Positions 1-15,253 of a stretch of 64,000 bases of DNA are shown here, in pieces. How positions within the stretch are numbered: position 1 is the first letter of the stretch; the number at the start of each line of letters is the position of its first letter. Origin of the DNA: the human T2T-CHM13v2.0 reference genome, Homo sapiens; NCBI RefSeq assembly GCF_009914755.1, contig NC_060933.1; one strand, given 5' to 3'. Both the position numbers and the translations under genes were made by a program. The notes beneath the pieces were generated by a model that worked only from the letters and a program-made list of their open reading frames with translations, was not told the DNA's origin and searched no databases.

Positions 1-348
1 TTTTTTGTACAAAGCAAAGCTGAAACAGGTGAAAGGAATAGTCTAGGGCAGAAAATTTTCAAACCTTTTCTAAGGTCTTAGACTCTCTCCACCTCCACAT
101 ATCTTACTGAGAACTTCAGATAAGAGAAGTGTTTTATTATTCAAAATAAAGGTTTTATTATTCAAAATAAAGCTATTTTACATTTGAATTTATAGCATAC
201 TCTTATTATAAAGTCAATCTGAACCATGAAGCTATTATAAGGAGTGTAATATTGAAATGAATGATTATGAATAAAAATGATACTCTCTATATGTCTCAGC
301 CTCCAATTTATTTTTGTATTGTGATTTTGTATTTTGGTTTTGTTGCAG

Positions 349-393
349 ACCATCAAGGAAATTTCCATCCACACAGATTAGCAGTTGAAAATG
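349..393 (+). other. FOCAD: Probable 45-nt non-coding 5'UTR exon of FOCAD (alternative)
   Basis: T-rich tract and TTGCAG acceptor ending 348; donor ATG|GTAATA at 393/394. Inferred from splice signals; consistent with my recollection that some FOCAD isoforms have extra 5'UTR exons. Confidence 0.6.
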
Positions 394-479
394 GTAATAA
401 TTTTTTTTAACAGTTCACATTGCAATCTTGCAATCTCTAGTTACTTTTTTAAAATTTTCTTTTATTTTTAAAAATGTCT

Positions 480-1220
480 TACTAAAACATACACAGATTA
501 ATAGGGAATATAGTAAATGAACTTAATTTCAACAACATCAACATTTTGTCAATCTTGTTTTTCTCTCTAACATTTTTTCTTCCCTAGTAATTGTCTTTAA
601 TTAATAAGGACTTCTTAAAGTACTATTACTAGGCCATTCATTAACAACCCTAACAAAATTAATACCAATTCCTAAATATTATCCAATACAGTCCATATTT
701 CAGAATTTCTCAGTTGGGCCAAGATTGTCTTAGTAGAATTGGTTTTTTGAAATCAGAATCATGTAAGTTTCCCAAATATAATATAATTTGGTTACTATGT
801 CTGTTTAGTCACTTATTCTGTACAATCCCTCCACTCCTTTTTTCCCATGTCATTGATTTGTTGGAGAAACCGAGTACTTTGTCCTGTAAAGTGTCCCAGA
901 TTCTGGACTTGATCTATTGCTCTGCAAGTGGTATTGTCCTGGAAGAGGTACCTTGTTCCTGTATCTCATATATTTCTTGTAAATTGGTAATTAAATATAG
1001 AGAGTTGTGTATATTAGTGGCAAATTTTTTTTTAGGTAAGAGTATTTTTACAGAAGCCTGTGTATGTCCTATTCCATCACCCATGAGGATACAATGTGTG
1101 GTATTCTTACTTTTAGTGATGCTAAGATGAATCAATGGATTCAAGTGGGATCATCCTGATCCCTCTAATATAAAGTTCCCTATCTTCCTTTAACTTAATA
1201 TTTTTAGCCACAGTTGATGA
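480..1220 (-). mobile_element. Old L1M (MC/ME-type) fragment
   Basis: Degenerate L1M 3'-region motifs (cagtccatatttcagaatttc, tgtcctgtaaagtgtcccagattctgga); approximate. Confidence 0.5.
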
Positions 1221-2293
1221 TTCATTCACAAATCAAAGTATTTATTAACAAAGTAACTTCATATTGGTAAAGATTTTTCTTAAGCCCGTAAACATGCTTT
1301 CATTTTTTCTTTCCTCACGTTTCTTTTTACAATACAATCAGTTTTTTCCCTGTCCCCTCATCCTACATTTATACACGTACACAGTCTTCAGTACATGTTG
1401 AACATTTGACATAAAGCTTGTAAAGAGATATGAAATGGAATGGACAACAAAGGAAGGCGAGGTAGGGAAGTAAGGATTATCCACCCATCTACCTACTAAC
1501 TTACCTGTCTCCTCTCCTTCTCTGTATCTTACTGGTTTCAGTTTATAATATTTTAAAAGCTATGTGGGATAAGTATGGCTTAGAGGGCTACTGAGGCCTT
1601 ACAGGGATTGGAAATTGGATAGGACCTGGGCAGGTGTTGACTGCAGCATTGGTATTAGGTATGAATTGAATATAAATCCAATCTGCAGCTAAGCACACAC
1701 ATTTTAACATTTGTTGTGTATAGTCAAGATTGGCCCCAAATAAAATTGAGAAGCAAATGAAGCTTATACAGTCTGCATGTGGCATCCTTTTATCATATAG
1801 CTTTTTTTAGCTGATATGGACAAAAGTAAATTGAGCTTCCAAGAATTTAGGAGACTCATGCATTGCTGCATTATTTTAGAAATGGATAAATGATTTCGAC
1901 TTCTGCATCTTAGTGTATGACTGCTTTGTTCTTTCAGTTATCTGAACCCCAAACTTTGGAGTCATCCTTCACTCTTCCCACATTTCATGTCTAATCCATT
2001 AGCAAATCTTACCAAATATTTCTGAAATACTTGTAACTGCAGGCATGTATCCTTTGACCAAATGGAGACCTAATGTATATATAACATGGTGACTATACTT
2101 AATGATAATGTATTGTATAGTTGAAATTTACTAAGAGAGTAGATCTCAAGTGTTCTCACCATACAGACACACACACACACAATGGTAACAAGATGAGGTG
2201 ATATGTTTGATTGTGGAAATCATTTCACACTGTATACATATATCAAAACATCTGATTTTGTACCCTAAATATATACAGTTTTTATTTGTCAAT

Positions 2294-2947
<654 letters not shown>

Positions 2948-4233
2948 TCAATTATACCTCAATAAATCTGGAAAAAAATAAACATGTCCTAAGTCTGACC
3001 TCTTCCCACTATCTCTACTGCTGTTATCCTTGTCCAAAGCAATATGATTTATCTCCTGGATTATTGATGTAACCTAACTGGTCCGTCTCTTTTTCTTTTT
3101 TTCTATCCTTGCCCTCTTATGGTCTCTATTCTTCCTAGAAGCCACAATGATCTTTTTAAAATGTCAGTCATATATGCCATTCCTCTTTCCCAAACCCTGT
3201 AGGACTTCCCATCTCACTGAGAAACATCCAAAGACTCCCAGCACCCTGTAGAGGCTTACATGATCTGGGTTTCTGCTTCATTCTGTAATCTCTCACTGCC
3301 TAACTTGCTGACTTGCACTAGCCAACACTGGTGTCCTTGGTCTTTCCTAAACTTGCCAAACATGCTTCCATCTCAAGGTTATTCCTTCTGTTTGGACTGC
3401 ACATTACTTCCTTCAGGTGTCTGTTCAAATGTCACTATCAGAAAGAGCTTTTTTTATTCTTCGGCAGATGCCAAAACGTTTAAAGACCTCTCTAAAATTT
3501 ACCTATTGATGACTAAAATTTTGATTTTCTTGGTATTATGTTGTGTTTGAATTTGGAAAATTAAAAACTACTTATACTGTAGTTCAAGCAATTAAAAATG
3601 CCCTCTAGACTGAAGCTAACATACTTGATTAAAATGAGACTGGAGGATGTTGAACACAGTGGAGGAACACTTGATGTTTTTCTCAGGTGCAGATGGATTA
3701 ATCTCCTGGCAAACAATTTAGAATCAAAGGTAATTCTGTTAGCTTACTTGTTTGGAACTCTGCAGGACCATTATAGCTTCTAATAACTCAAAGGTGTGAC
3801 TTTCGCATTAAATAGTTCTTAATAAGTGGTATAATTGGATCAAGTGAGACTTTTTTTGCCTTGGCGTGTGCTGTGGTGAAACCACCTCTTTAGAGAATGA
3901 TAAAAAACCATGGTTTCAAGTGAATAAATAAGATCACTTTTTTTAAAATTGCAATTAAACATTTTATTTTTTTATTTGAGGAGAATTAATTTCTTTGTAA
4001 TTTAAAATAAGTAATGTATGCCCCATTGTAAGAACAAAATTAAAAGTAGCAAAGGCGGAATACAGTAGGTTACATAATCATCCATCATCCTGTTCAGAAA
4101 TAACCCTATCAACATTTTTGCCTATTTGTTTTTTTAATTCTATATTTCTCTCTATATTACTCACATGCACACATTATATATACTATATGTGTATACACAC
4201 ACACACGCACACACACACACATATATGTGTATT

Positions 4234-4501
4234 TATTTTTATTTTTGAGATAGAGTCTTGCTCTATGACCCAGGCTGGAGTGTAGTGCTGCAATCTTTGG
4301 CTCACTGCAGTCTCGACCTCCTGGGCTCAAACAGTCCTCCCACCTCAGCCTCCTGAGTAACTGAGACCACAGGGACACGCCACTGTGCCTGGCTAATTTT
4401 TTATTTTTTGTAGAGATGAGGTCTCACTATGTTGCCCAGGCTGGACTTGAAATCAGCCTCCCAAAGTGTTGGGATTACAGGTGTGAGCCACTGCGCCCGG
4501 C
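4234..4501 (-). mobile_element. AluJ-like with an internal deletion
   Basis: Alu sequence; adjacent (CA)n/(TA)n. Confidence 0.9.
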
Positions 4502-5288
4502 TTATGTTTTAAACTTTGTTGTGTTCATGGTTGTATGCAAAAATTTCTCAAGTGTTTTTTATTGTAAACTGTTCTTTACATTATTAAAACTCTTTACAAA
4601 TGTTATTTTCAATTACTGATCAATATTTTATCTGCATAGTCCTTAGTTTATCTTTTAGATTTGTCCATTAATACTTTTGCAAAAAGTGTGCTTGATTTTA
4701 AACCTTTTTAATTCTTAACTCACTTTTAAAATGGGAGCTGAATAGAACTTGAAGGATGTATGCCACACTTTGGGATATAGCCAAGAAGTGTCAGATAGTA
4801 AGATCAAATGCTCAGGAAGTGGTACCCAGACTGCCCACCACAGAATGATTTAGTTTTTGGCTTACCTCAGACTTTCAGCTTCATGGTGCTAAAGTTCCCT
4901 ATGAAATTAGGTATGGTAGGTGGGACTTGGGGAGACTTTTGTGGTTCTGGGAATCATACTGGTTCTACCTTATTTGTGTGGCTTGTTCCTGAGCTGATCT
5001 GATCTTTGATAACCTTTCTATCAGTTTGGAAGTAAGCCAGATTGGGAGCAATTTCTTAGATAGTGTTTGAATTTGGGCTGAAAGGCAGAAGTAGTCTTTG
5101 AGGGTGAAATGAAACTCTTTTGAACATTGGCTTTATTGTAAGTTGCTGGTCTTTGGAGTGGCTGTTGCTGTTCATCTAGTTGGTCATTTACTTAAAACAG
5201 AGTGTTGAAAAGTTCCCTTAGGCCTGTATGTATGAAAATCATATATACTAGTTTTAACATTTGTGAAATTAAAAAAATCATGAAGAGC

Positions 5289-5623
<335 letters not shown>

Positions 5624-7886
5624 CTACATATTACATCTTAACCCCTTCTTCGTTCTCCTCCTCCTCCATGTTTGTTTAAATAAAATTCTTAAACTAACTT
5701 TATCTGAAAGACATCCTACATACTGTACTCTGTCAATTGGATGTCAGCATTTCACCCCAAGATCCTCTTCTGATTCTTGAATATGCTGCTTGATATTTCC
5801 ACGCTAATATGAAATGATTTACTAATGAACTCCTGCCCAGGATGATTGCAAACGTTAACTAATATCTGATTATTTAGTACCCTATAAGTAAAAACAGCCA
5901 TGAGTAATGCTAGCTGTATAATAGAAGATTAGTAAATGTTCCTTTTTTTTTTAAAGAAATTATTTAAAATTCCTTTTACCCCAATGGGAAATACACAGAG
6001 GTGATACTGTGGGTTTTTAAAGGATTGTAATAAATAGCAGATTAAGCACATAGCTATGATAAATAATAGCTGTCAATGGAAGCATTCATGTAAAACTTAT
6101 GTTGTATTAAAGTAACAAAGACCCATTTTCCATCTCTATTAGATTCAGCTGGAAACAGTGAAGAAACAGTCTTGTTAGCTTTTACATGTGTTCTTTGATT
6201 TTTTTTTTTAAAGAAAATGTACCAAAATTTATGACAGCATAATGAAATTTTACTGGTGTAGATTCTGCTGATTTTGGATTTGAATTTGGCTGAAGTTCAC
6301 CTTTGCACTATCTACACAAAAATGATTCGCCTAGTTAAAAAAAAAAAAAACTGGGAGTTTAGGATGTGTCTAAAAAGAATTATCATCAATTCCTAAATGT
6401 GTTGGTTACTAAATTCAAGTTACTGTATTAATTTGGACATAAAGTTGTTTAAACATTTATTTTTCTACTTCTGGCTGTTATTTATTTTGGTCTTTGTTTC
6501 ATGAGTCTTAATTAATGAAAAAGATATAGATTCCTCTCTATTTCTTAGTTTCTGTTTTGGAAAGTTTATCTGAAAACAAAATAAACAGTGGAATCCTGAT
6601 TCTAACATTTTTGAGACTGTTAGGTACTGTGCTAAACACAGTAATTCAGCAAACATTTATTAACTGCTTATTCCATGCCAGACCCTGAAGGGGGTGAACA
6701 AGAAGCTGCTTCTCTTAAGAAATCCAAATGTCCAGGGTAATAATGCAGCAGGCTTGGTCAGTGGGGACCCTTCCCACTTCTGATTCTTCTTTACTGGCAT
6801 CTGAGCAGGTGCAGCTGCTATATAGATGGAAACTAGGCCCTTCAGAACGAGACAAGAATGTCTTGAGGAGTGATTATAACCCTCTCAGAGCTGGAAGGGA
6901 CATTAGAGACTGATCTTAGCTCTCCACTTTGTCCTCTCAAACCATATCCTCATATTCCCTCTGCCTGGAATGTGATGCCAAGTTTTAGTTCAAGCCCTGT
7001 TTTCTGAGGCAGCTGCAGGAACTGAGAAAGAACATGCATTGGCTTCCTTTTGATCTTCCTGCTTCTGGACATTTCTTCCTGAGCGTTCCAATATTATTTC
7101 AAGCCCTGTTTTTACAAGTGAACTCATGCACACACAAATTTCCCTGTCTCATTGAGCTGTGTTTTCACCTGTCACATGGTGAGGTTTCCTGCCAGCTAAG
7201 TACTCATTTGCAGTGGCATTGCCATCTGTATGTGTGTAGTGTTTAAGCAATCATTTGGGTATATAATTGCTTTAATTAATTTTAGTGATTATTTACTTAT
7301 TTAAAAAAACAGAAAATGTAGATGTGAAAGTGTTGATATCAGTGACAAGAAGTATAGATTTACTACAGATTGACAATTGTCGTGATGGAAGTGGCCAATT
7401 GTTATCCTTTGTTACCTACTCATTGAACTTAAACTGAACAGTCAATGATGAAATAAAGGCATATAACCAAAGAACATATACAGATGTGGGAGATGTATTG
7501 CTGGTGATGGTGCCACAAGGATGAAAGTTAAGTTTAGATAAACAATTTTTATGTTTTGTGCTCTGGGCAAGGAGTAATCCTTTAATATGTAATGTTTGCG
7601 CATTAGACTTGATTACCTTTTTAGGATTGCAGTATATACAAAGATACAAAGCTGTTTGCATATGCTGATAAGCTGCTTTGGGAATTTGATTTAACACGTA
7701 TGTGCAAACCCAGGTAATTCATTTAAAGATTTATTTGATTTCCTGAGATGCAGCAAAATATAATGGAAAAAACAAGGTATTAGATTCAGACTCAGAATAA
7801 TAACATTTAAAAACCGTTTGCTATGTTCATGGCTCTGAGCAAAATGCTTTAATGGATTATCTTAATTTAGCTTTAGTTTTTTAACT

Positions 7887-8199
7887 TTATTATTGTTATT
7901 GTTATTATTATTATTATTATTAGCTATAGGGCATTGTTCTGTTGCCCAGGCTGGAGTGCAGTGGCATGATAATAGCTCACTGTAGCCTTAATCTCCAGTG
8001 CTCAAATGGTCCTCCCACTGCAGCCTCCTGGGTAGCTAGGACTAAAGGCATGTACCACCATGCCCAGCTAATTTTTAAAATTTTTTGTAGAGATGGGGTA
8101 TCACTATGTTGCCTAGGTTGATGTCGAACCCCTGGCCTCTAGTGATCCTCCCGCCTCAGCCTCCCAAAGTGCTGGGATTACAGGCATGAGCCACCGGCT
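7887..8199 (-). mobile_element. AluJ-like with (ATT)n tail
   Basis: Alu consensus similarity. Confidence 0.9.
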
Positions 8200-8254
8200 G
8201 CTTGATGATCTTAGTTTTACGAAAACTTTAAGTCAACTGTATCTATACTTTATT

Positions 8255-8660
8255 AAAGAGTGGTTAAGCATGTGAGATCTGGAGGCAGACTGTTTATATT
8301 CATGCTTTTGCTTCTTACATAATTAGGCAATTAATTTTGACCTCTCCTTTCCTCACTTGGTTTTTCATATGAAGATAAAGTTAATAGTAGTACTTATGTC
8401 ATGAGGTTGTTTTGAATATCGAGTGAGAGAATACGTATAAAAAGCTTTGACAGTACCTGCCTGGCACATGGTAAAATTCTCAATAAATCCTGGCTGTTAA
8501 TACCACTGTATAACCTCAGGCAAGTGACTTCTTCCCTGAGCTCCTATTTCCTCCTGTGGGAAATGGAGTTAATATTTACCTCAAAGTTGTTGTGAGGATC
8601 TCGTGGAATTAGTTAAAGTGTCTTGTGGAGTGCTTAGCACATAGGAGATGTTTAATCCAA
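8255..8660 (+). mobile_element. Two adjacent MIR fragments
   Basis: MIR core motifs (ggcaagtgactt, ttgttgtgaggat, tgcttagcaca). Confidence 0.6.
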
Positions 8661-8751
8661 TATGGTATTCCAAATTCTATGTTATGCTTTGCATTTATTC
8701 AGTTAATCTTTATTGAATAGGTATTTGTTATATGCTGGGGAGATAGTGGTA

Positions 8752-8829
8752 AGAGCTGAGATCGTGCCACTGCATTCCAGCCTGGGCGACTGAGCAAGAC
8801 TCCATCTCACAAAAAAAACAAAACAAAAC
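8752..8829 (+). mobile_element. 5'-truncated Alu 3' fragment
   Basis: gagctgagatcgtgccactgcattccagcctggg followed by an A-rich tail. Confidence 0.85.
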
Positions 8830-10779
8830 GGTCCCTGCCTTAAAGAGTTTGCATTTGGGGAGGTGGGGGTGGAGTAGGGAAGCAGAAATAAGTAAATGAC
8901 AATCATTTGAGATTGTGATAAAAGCTATGAATGGTACAATAGTGGGTCACTGCAGTGGCAAGTAGGGGACTATTTGAGGCTATGGGGGTGGTGGGGGGAT
9001 AGGGAAGGTTCGAGGGAACATGTGAAGGGAGAGAAGAAACAGCTTATTTGAACAATTGAACAAGTCAAGAGCACTTGAGGCTGAGGGGCCTGAGAGTTCT
9101 AGACCCAGATGTCGAAGGAGCTGAGGGTGTGGTTGTCGGGGTGGTTTAAGGAAGAAACTGAAGGCCAATGTGGCTGAAGTGCCCTGACTGAAGGAGAGTT
9201 GCAAGACCAGAACCTTTTGGCCTTCCTATAGAGTTGCAGTGGGGAGCCATTGAAAAGTTTTCAGCATATGAGTTAAAAGTCAACTGTATTTTATTCCATG
9301 TCTTTGCTATTGTGAATAGTGCTGCATTAACTATATTTTAAATGGGAATCTTATGTATATTCTAACCTTGGGGCTGGTGTCTTATTTCTCTCTAGTGACT
9401 TGCATACAAGATCCCATCTTTGCATATAAGTAATTTATCTTTTATCATTAAAACAATTTTTCTACTTCATTACTGCTCACTTGATGAGAGATTCCTTATC
9501 ACTTAAATTCAAATTCTTTTCCATCATTCACCTTCCTTGACTGTCCCACATGGTATTGAGGGAGGGAGGAAGCACACATTTCTACAGTGCCTGCTATGTG
9601 CAAGACTCTCTTGGCTTTAAGGCGTACTTTATATTGTTATGCACAAGACCTTGTTTAACCAATGAGGAAACAGGTTCCAAGATGGTAAGTGATTTGCCTA
9701 GTGCTGGAATCAGGATTTGCATCCAGGTCTATGGTTCCCTCCTCCCTTTAGCCCCCAAAGGGGGCTCCCCAAAGCACCTCAGAGCTTTGCTGTCTGTGTC
9801 AGGTTGCTCTGTTATCATGATGATAGAGGTAGGTAAGACTGTGAGCTTAATCAGATTAAGGTGTTATTCTTCTCTGTGGACAATCTTAGAGTTTGCAAAA
9901 GCATATATGTCATTGCTTCACAGTGCACCATTGATCTTATTCATTTGAACATTTTCACTGTGGTTCTTCTAACAGTACTGCGATAACTTTGTTTTTGTCC
10001 TTGTAACCATTAAGGACTCAAATACAGAGATACTCTCCATGTCCATTTTCGTGTATGCACATTGACTTTGTTGAAAATAGAGAAATTTACTATCTTGTTG
10101 TAAAATTTTTTTGTTCATTTGGCCTTCAGCTTTCATTAGCACTCAGTATGCAAATTAAAATAGCTAAACCATATCTATTCCATTCTACATGAATTTAGTA
10201 ATTTAGTTTTTATGAAAAATACCAAATGAGCTTGATTGGTCACTTTGCAACAATCAAAAATGTTGCCAATAAACTTGTAATCAGTCTATATAGTTCTTTT
10301 CCAGAGTAAGAATTTTATTTTGGAGGAAGATTTCCTAGCAGTCTACTTGGGGAAATTATAATAGTTATTTTTCTCCTTGAAAATGAAGGAAGAAAGCTTT
10401 TAAGTGGTTTAAACTTAATCTATCTGGCTGAATTACATTGGCCCCTTTTCAATATTACTCTTTTCATAAAGCGTTGGTAAACATAAGTAACAAAGTAATC
10501 TTTCATCATTTTATCAACAATTTTTCTACTAAATTGCTGCTCACTTTATGACACCCTTTAGTGATGGATTTCTACGCTTTCAGTGATTTGGGTGTCAGAA
10601 AGTTATATCCTCTATTTCTACAAAATGTATTATAATGTTAGTCAAGATTTTCCTATTTTGGTAACTTTATTAAAATTACAAAACACATATTGTCATAGAA
10701 CAATTAGAAACTGGGAATGAGCAAAAATAAAAATTATCCACAATTGGTACATTCCGGGCTTTTCTTTGTGCATATATAC

Positions 10780-10970
10780 TCTGGAGCGAGACTACTTAGG
10801 TTGGAATTCCAGTTCTGTCACTTACTCTGTGACCTTGGGAAAGTTATCTAAATTTTCTTTGCCTCAGTGTCTTAATCTGTAAAATGAGTAACTATCTCCG
10901 GGTTACTGTGGGGGTTGAATGAGTTAATACATGTAAAATGCTTAGAATATTGCCTTTCCCCTAGTAAGAG
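10780..10970 (+). mobile_element. MIR
   Basis: tgtgaccttgggaaagtta..gcctcagtgtcttaatctgtaaaatg core. Confidence 0.7.
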
Positions 10971-11726
10971 CCACATACATGGGTTTTAAAAGACCTTTTA
11001 TTATGGAGAATTTCAAACATAAAAATAGAGACTAGTATTATGAATTCCAGTGTACCTATTATTAACATTTAGACATTCCTGTTTCATCTATCAGTCTTCT
11101 TTTATTTTTCTTTCAATACTTGGGTATTTTATAGAAAATCCCAAATATTACATCCTTACACTGTGTATACTTTGTACCATATTAATATCTGCTAAGAATT
11201 AGGTAGGTTATTTTAGAGAGTGAGTATTCAAAATTTGAGTCATTTTTAAGGGGAGAAAATACAAGCAAAATATCTAAAGTATCCATTCTGTGATGTTTTA
11301 CTAATTTAGTTAACTGAATGGTATTTGAAGTAAGATTGTGAATGTGGAGATTTTGCGATCATTTATTGGCCAATAACACATTTAAAATAATTAGGTATCA
11401 GTTTTATTTTAAATATACTGTAAATATTTTATATGAACATGAAGTCTTTATTTAGAAAATGTTTTGTACTGGGCAATATATGTAATTGTTTTGGTGAAGG
11501 AAAAATACTTAAAAATTATAATATTGGAAAAAAAAAAGCCAACTTTGAAGATTTAGATTGGATGCTGAAAAAATTCTAGAGATTCATAAGCCCTTAGATT
11601 TTAAAAAATAACTATTTTTCATTGATATACTCATATATTTAGCATATACATATCCATATGCCACAAGTTAAAACACAGAATAATTAGAGAAAATTTGTAA
11701 CTAGTTAGGCATTATTCAGTTTTAAG

Positions 11727-12029
11727 TTTTTTTTTTTTTTTTTTTTTTAAACAGTGGCTGGTTCTGTCACCCAGGCTGGAATACAGTGGCACAATCCTGG
11801 CTCTCTGGAGCCTTGATCTACTGGACTCAAGTGATCTTCCCACCTCAGCCTCCCAAGTAGCTGTTTCTACGGGCATGAGCCACCATACCCGGCTAATTTT
11901 TAAACTTTTTGTAGAGACGGAGTCTCCTTATGTTGCCCAGGCTGGTCTCAAACTCTTGGGCTCAAGTGATCCTCTTGTCTTGACCTCCCAAAGTCTTGGG
12001 ATTACAGGTATGAGCCACCGTGCCTGGCC
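11727..12029 (-). mobile_element. AluJ-like
   Basis: Poly-T plus Alu body. Confidence 0.9.
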
Positions 12030-12509
12030 AAGTTTGTAGTTTTATTTTTTATTTTAATGCCTGTTTTCCTGGACAGCAATCAGTTCTGACTTGGAATTTC
12101 CTGCCTTTGATCTTATTTTAGGCTCCCATTTCAAAATCTGTAAGTAGCATGTGATATTGAGAAGGAACTAAATTGTAAAGGCAGGAATTTGATAGAATTC
12201 ATTGTACTTTTATTAAATGGCAGCCAGTGAGATCATCTGAACTCATAGTCATGTAAATTTTCTCAGTACTTGAATTATTGATCTTAAAATTCCTGGATAC
12301 GATGCAGTGATATGGAATTGTGCAGGTCATGCCTCATGTTACCGATGGTCCAGTGGAAAGAACACTTGGTTGGAAGTCAAGAAACCTCTGTTCTCACTTG
12401 AACTCTGTCATGATGACTTTCCTTTTTGGCAAGTTGCTTTAACCTCTCTGACATTGTTTCTTCATTTCTCTAGTGAAAATATGTAGGGAGGGAGATGATG
12501 TTAGGTCCA

Positions 12510-12945
12510 TTATATTAGTTAAGGAAGTGCTAGATATTGCAACAAGGAGACCCCAAAATGAAATGGTTCAAACAGTGTAGAAGTTTTTCCTGTAATAGTT
12601 GGAGTTCCAGGTATGTAGCCGTGCAGCAAGCTATCATTTAGGGATCCACGTTCTTCCCATTTTGTTTCTTCAACAGAGTCCCAGGGCCATTGTCTTCATG
12701 TGCGTGGTTGTGTCTAGGCTGTTGCCCAGAATTCACTCTGGTTCCGAAGAGAGAGTGGAGGAAGCAGACCCCAGCCTGGAAATGGCATGTCACTTTTGCT
12801 CAAACACCACTGGAGAGAACTTGATCACATATTCTTACTGTACCATATTTGAGGCTGGGAAATGTAATGAAGTTGTTCAGGTTACAGTTTTGTTAATACA
12901 AAAGAAGAGAACAGATATTGGTGGATAAATAGCAGTCTCTTCCAC
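12510..12945. mobile_element. Old MLT1-type MaLR LTR
   Basis: Degenerate MLT1 motifs (gaggctgggaaatgta, gatattggtgga..agcagtctcttccaca); approximate. Confidence 0.5.
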
Positions 12946-13194
12946 ATCATATGGTTGCTGCTTTCTCTGATTATAATATTGACCAAGTGGCTCTGTCACA
13001 CCACTGAGTTGCTATCTACTTCAGCTTGATTTTGAAATTATTGGCTAAGATAAAAGTATTTTCTACTCTGGGTTTAATTTTAATGTGTCTTAATGGTCTC
13101 TCTGAGAATATAATAACTAAAAATTACTGTTTTCTTACACCTGCTCTTTATTGTTGAAAACTTTCAATTTTTATGAATTTTTATGAATCATATA

Positions 13195-13576
13195 CAGTTG
13201 ACCCTTGAACAATTTGGGGTCTTGGGGTGCCAATCCCTCATGCAGTCAGAAACCTGTATGTAACTTTTTACTCCCCAAGAACTTAACTACCAATAGTCTT
13301 ATGGATATTATAAACAGTTGATTCGTACACATTTTATGTATTATATATACTGTGTTCTTACAACAAAGAAAGCTAGAGAAAAGAAATTAAGAAAATCATA
13401 AAGAAGAGAACTTTTCATTAAGTGGAAGTGGATCGTCATAAAGGTCTTCATCTTCACCTTCGTGTTGAGTAGGGTGAGGAGGAGGAAGAAAAGGGGAGGT
13501 TGGTCTTGCTGTCTCAGGGGTGCCAGAGGTAGAAGAAAAGCCACGTATAAGTGGACCTTTTCTCAAGGGTCAACTG
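13195..13576 (-). mobile_element. Tigger2a-like DNA transposon
   Basis: Terminal inverted repeats CAGTTGACCCTTGA / TCAAGGGTCAACTG; TA on the left flank. Confidence 0.85.
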
Positions 13577-14278
13577 TGGTTAAAAGGGTTCCAATTATCT
13601 TGTCCTGTTATTTTGGGAGTGTTGGTGGCAGTTGGATTTTTTAAGCCTTTGAAGCAAGAGCTGAGGCTAAGTGTGAGCAGGTGTCAGGATTTCATACAAG
13701 GTGATGAAACAATCGAGCTGCCTGATCTTAGAGAGGGTACATGGAAATACTTAGGGACTGGGAAGCAGTAGATGAGAAGCTAAGCAGCAGAAGAATGAGA
13801 AAGAGATCCATATTAGACAGTACAACAAGGTGGGCATTTGAAAAGTATAGGCAGAATTTTCCCCCTCTTTTTTGAGGGACAGGGTCAGTCAGTTGGTGAC
13901 TCTAGAATCCACCCTTGAGCCATAGTCTTGATAAATTTATAAAATCAGCTCAAAATTTATTGATAGTGCCCATCAGCTTTTCTATAAGCCATCCACAACA
14001 AGTAAGAAAAAAGATAAAAATTGTCAAAATATTTGTTTAAAAGTATGGTTTTAGGCTGATGGTTCCATAGCTTAATTTGTGGGAGGAAGAAACTAAGTAA
14101 ATTCCATAACTGATAATTGGAATAGTTAATAAAATGTTAGAAAAAGAAAAGTCCTGGATTTTGTGTCTCTAAAACATAGAGCCCATTAATGTGAATGAAG
14201 TACTTATTTTTTTATCAGCCATTTTATCAGTGTGCTGATGATACTGCTCCTGTAAACTAGCTTTAAGAATGTACTCTG

Positions 14279-14589
14279 GGCTGGATGTGGTGGCTCACAC
14301 CTGTAGTAATCCCAGTGCTTTGGGAGGCTGAGGGTGGGAGGATCACTTGAGCCCAGGAGTTTGAGACCAGCCCGAGGAACAGAGGGAGTCCCCGTTGCTA
14401 CAAAAAATTTTAAAAAAACTTTAGCCAGGCACGGTGGTGCATGCCTGTAGTCCCAGCTACTTGGAAGGCTGAGGATGGGCGGATCACTTGAGCCCTGGAG
14501 TTTGAGGCTGCAGTGACCTATGATTGTGTCACTGTACTCCAGCTTGAGTGACAGAGTGAGACCCTGTCTCTTAAGGAAAAAAAAAAAAA
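14279..14589 (+). mobile_element. AluJ-like
   Basis: Dimeric Alu with A tail. Confidence 0.9.
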
Positions 14590-15253
14590 TTCTGTTTAGC
14601 CCTGAGTTTCAGCCATATGACTGCCCTTGAGCCGTTCCTATATAGAAATTTGGTAGTCAAGAGTGCTCAAAGTCAAATGTCTGTCTTCGTCATCATTGGA
14701 CCCTCCTCCTCCAACTACCTTGTATATCAGTTATTGTCTCTGCTGGGTTTTCATAATTGTTAGATTTCCTCTTGCTTTTAAGATTGTGTCCTTTATTTGA
14801 GGTTTGACATTAAGTACTTTTGTGTGATACATAGTTGTACAATATCCTAGAGAAACTATTGAGAAAGTTGAAAACCCAAAGTGTTTTATCTACTGCTCTT
14901 TTATTAGTGCAATTGATAGATTAATTTTCTTGGAAGTATTCTTAGGGGCTGAACTACCTTGGCAGATAATGTGATAATTGCTTATATTAAACAACTGTTT
15001 TGATTCACTGGGAACTTAAAGACTTCATTAAAAATTCTCTTTCTGATTTAGGTTTAGACAGACAAAAAAGGCATATTGAAAGGTTGGAGATAAATCTTTG
15101 AAAATCAAACATGCATTTTTGTAGCATGTGGTTTATGGATTATATTGTTACTGGTTTCCTTTTAGTAAAATGGCATGACAAGAAGTAATATATAAATTGT
15201 TTTTCCTTAATGTATAAAATACCCAAAGGAAATTGAGTTTGAAAATAACGTAG

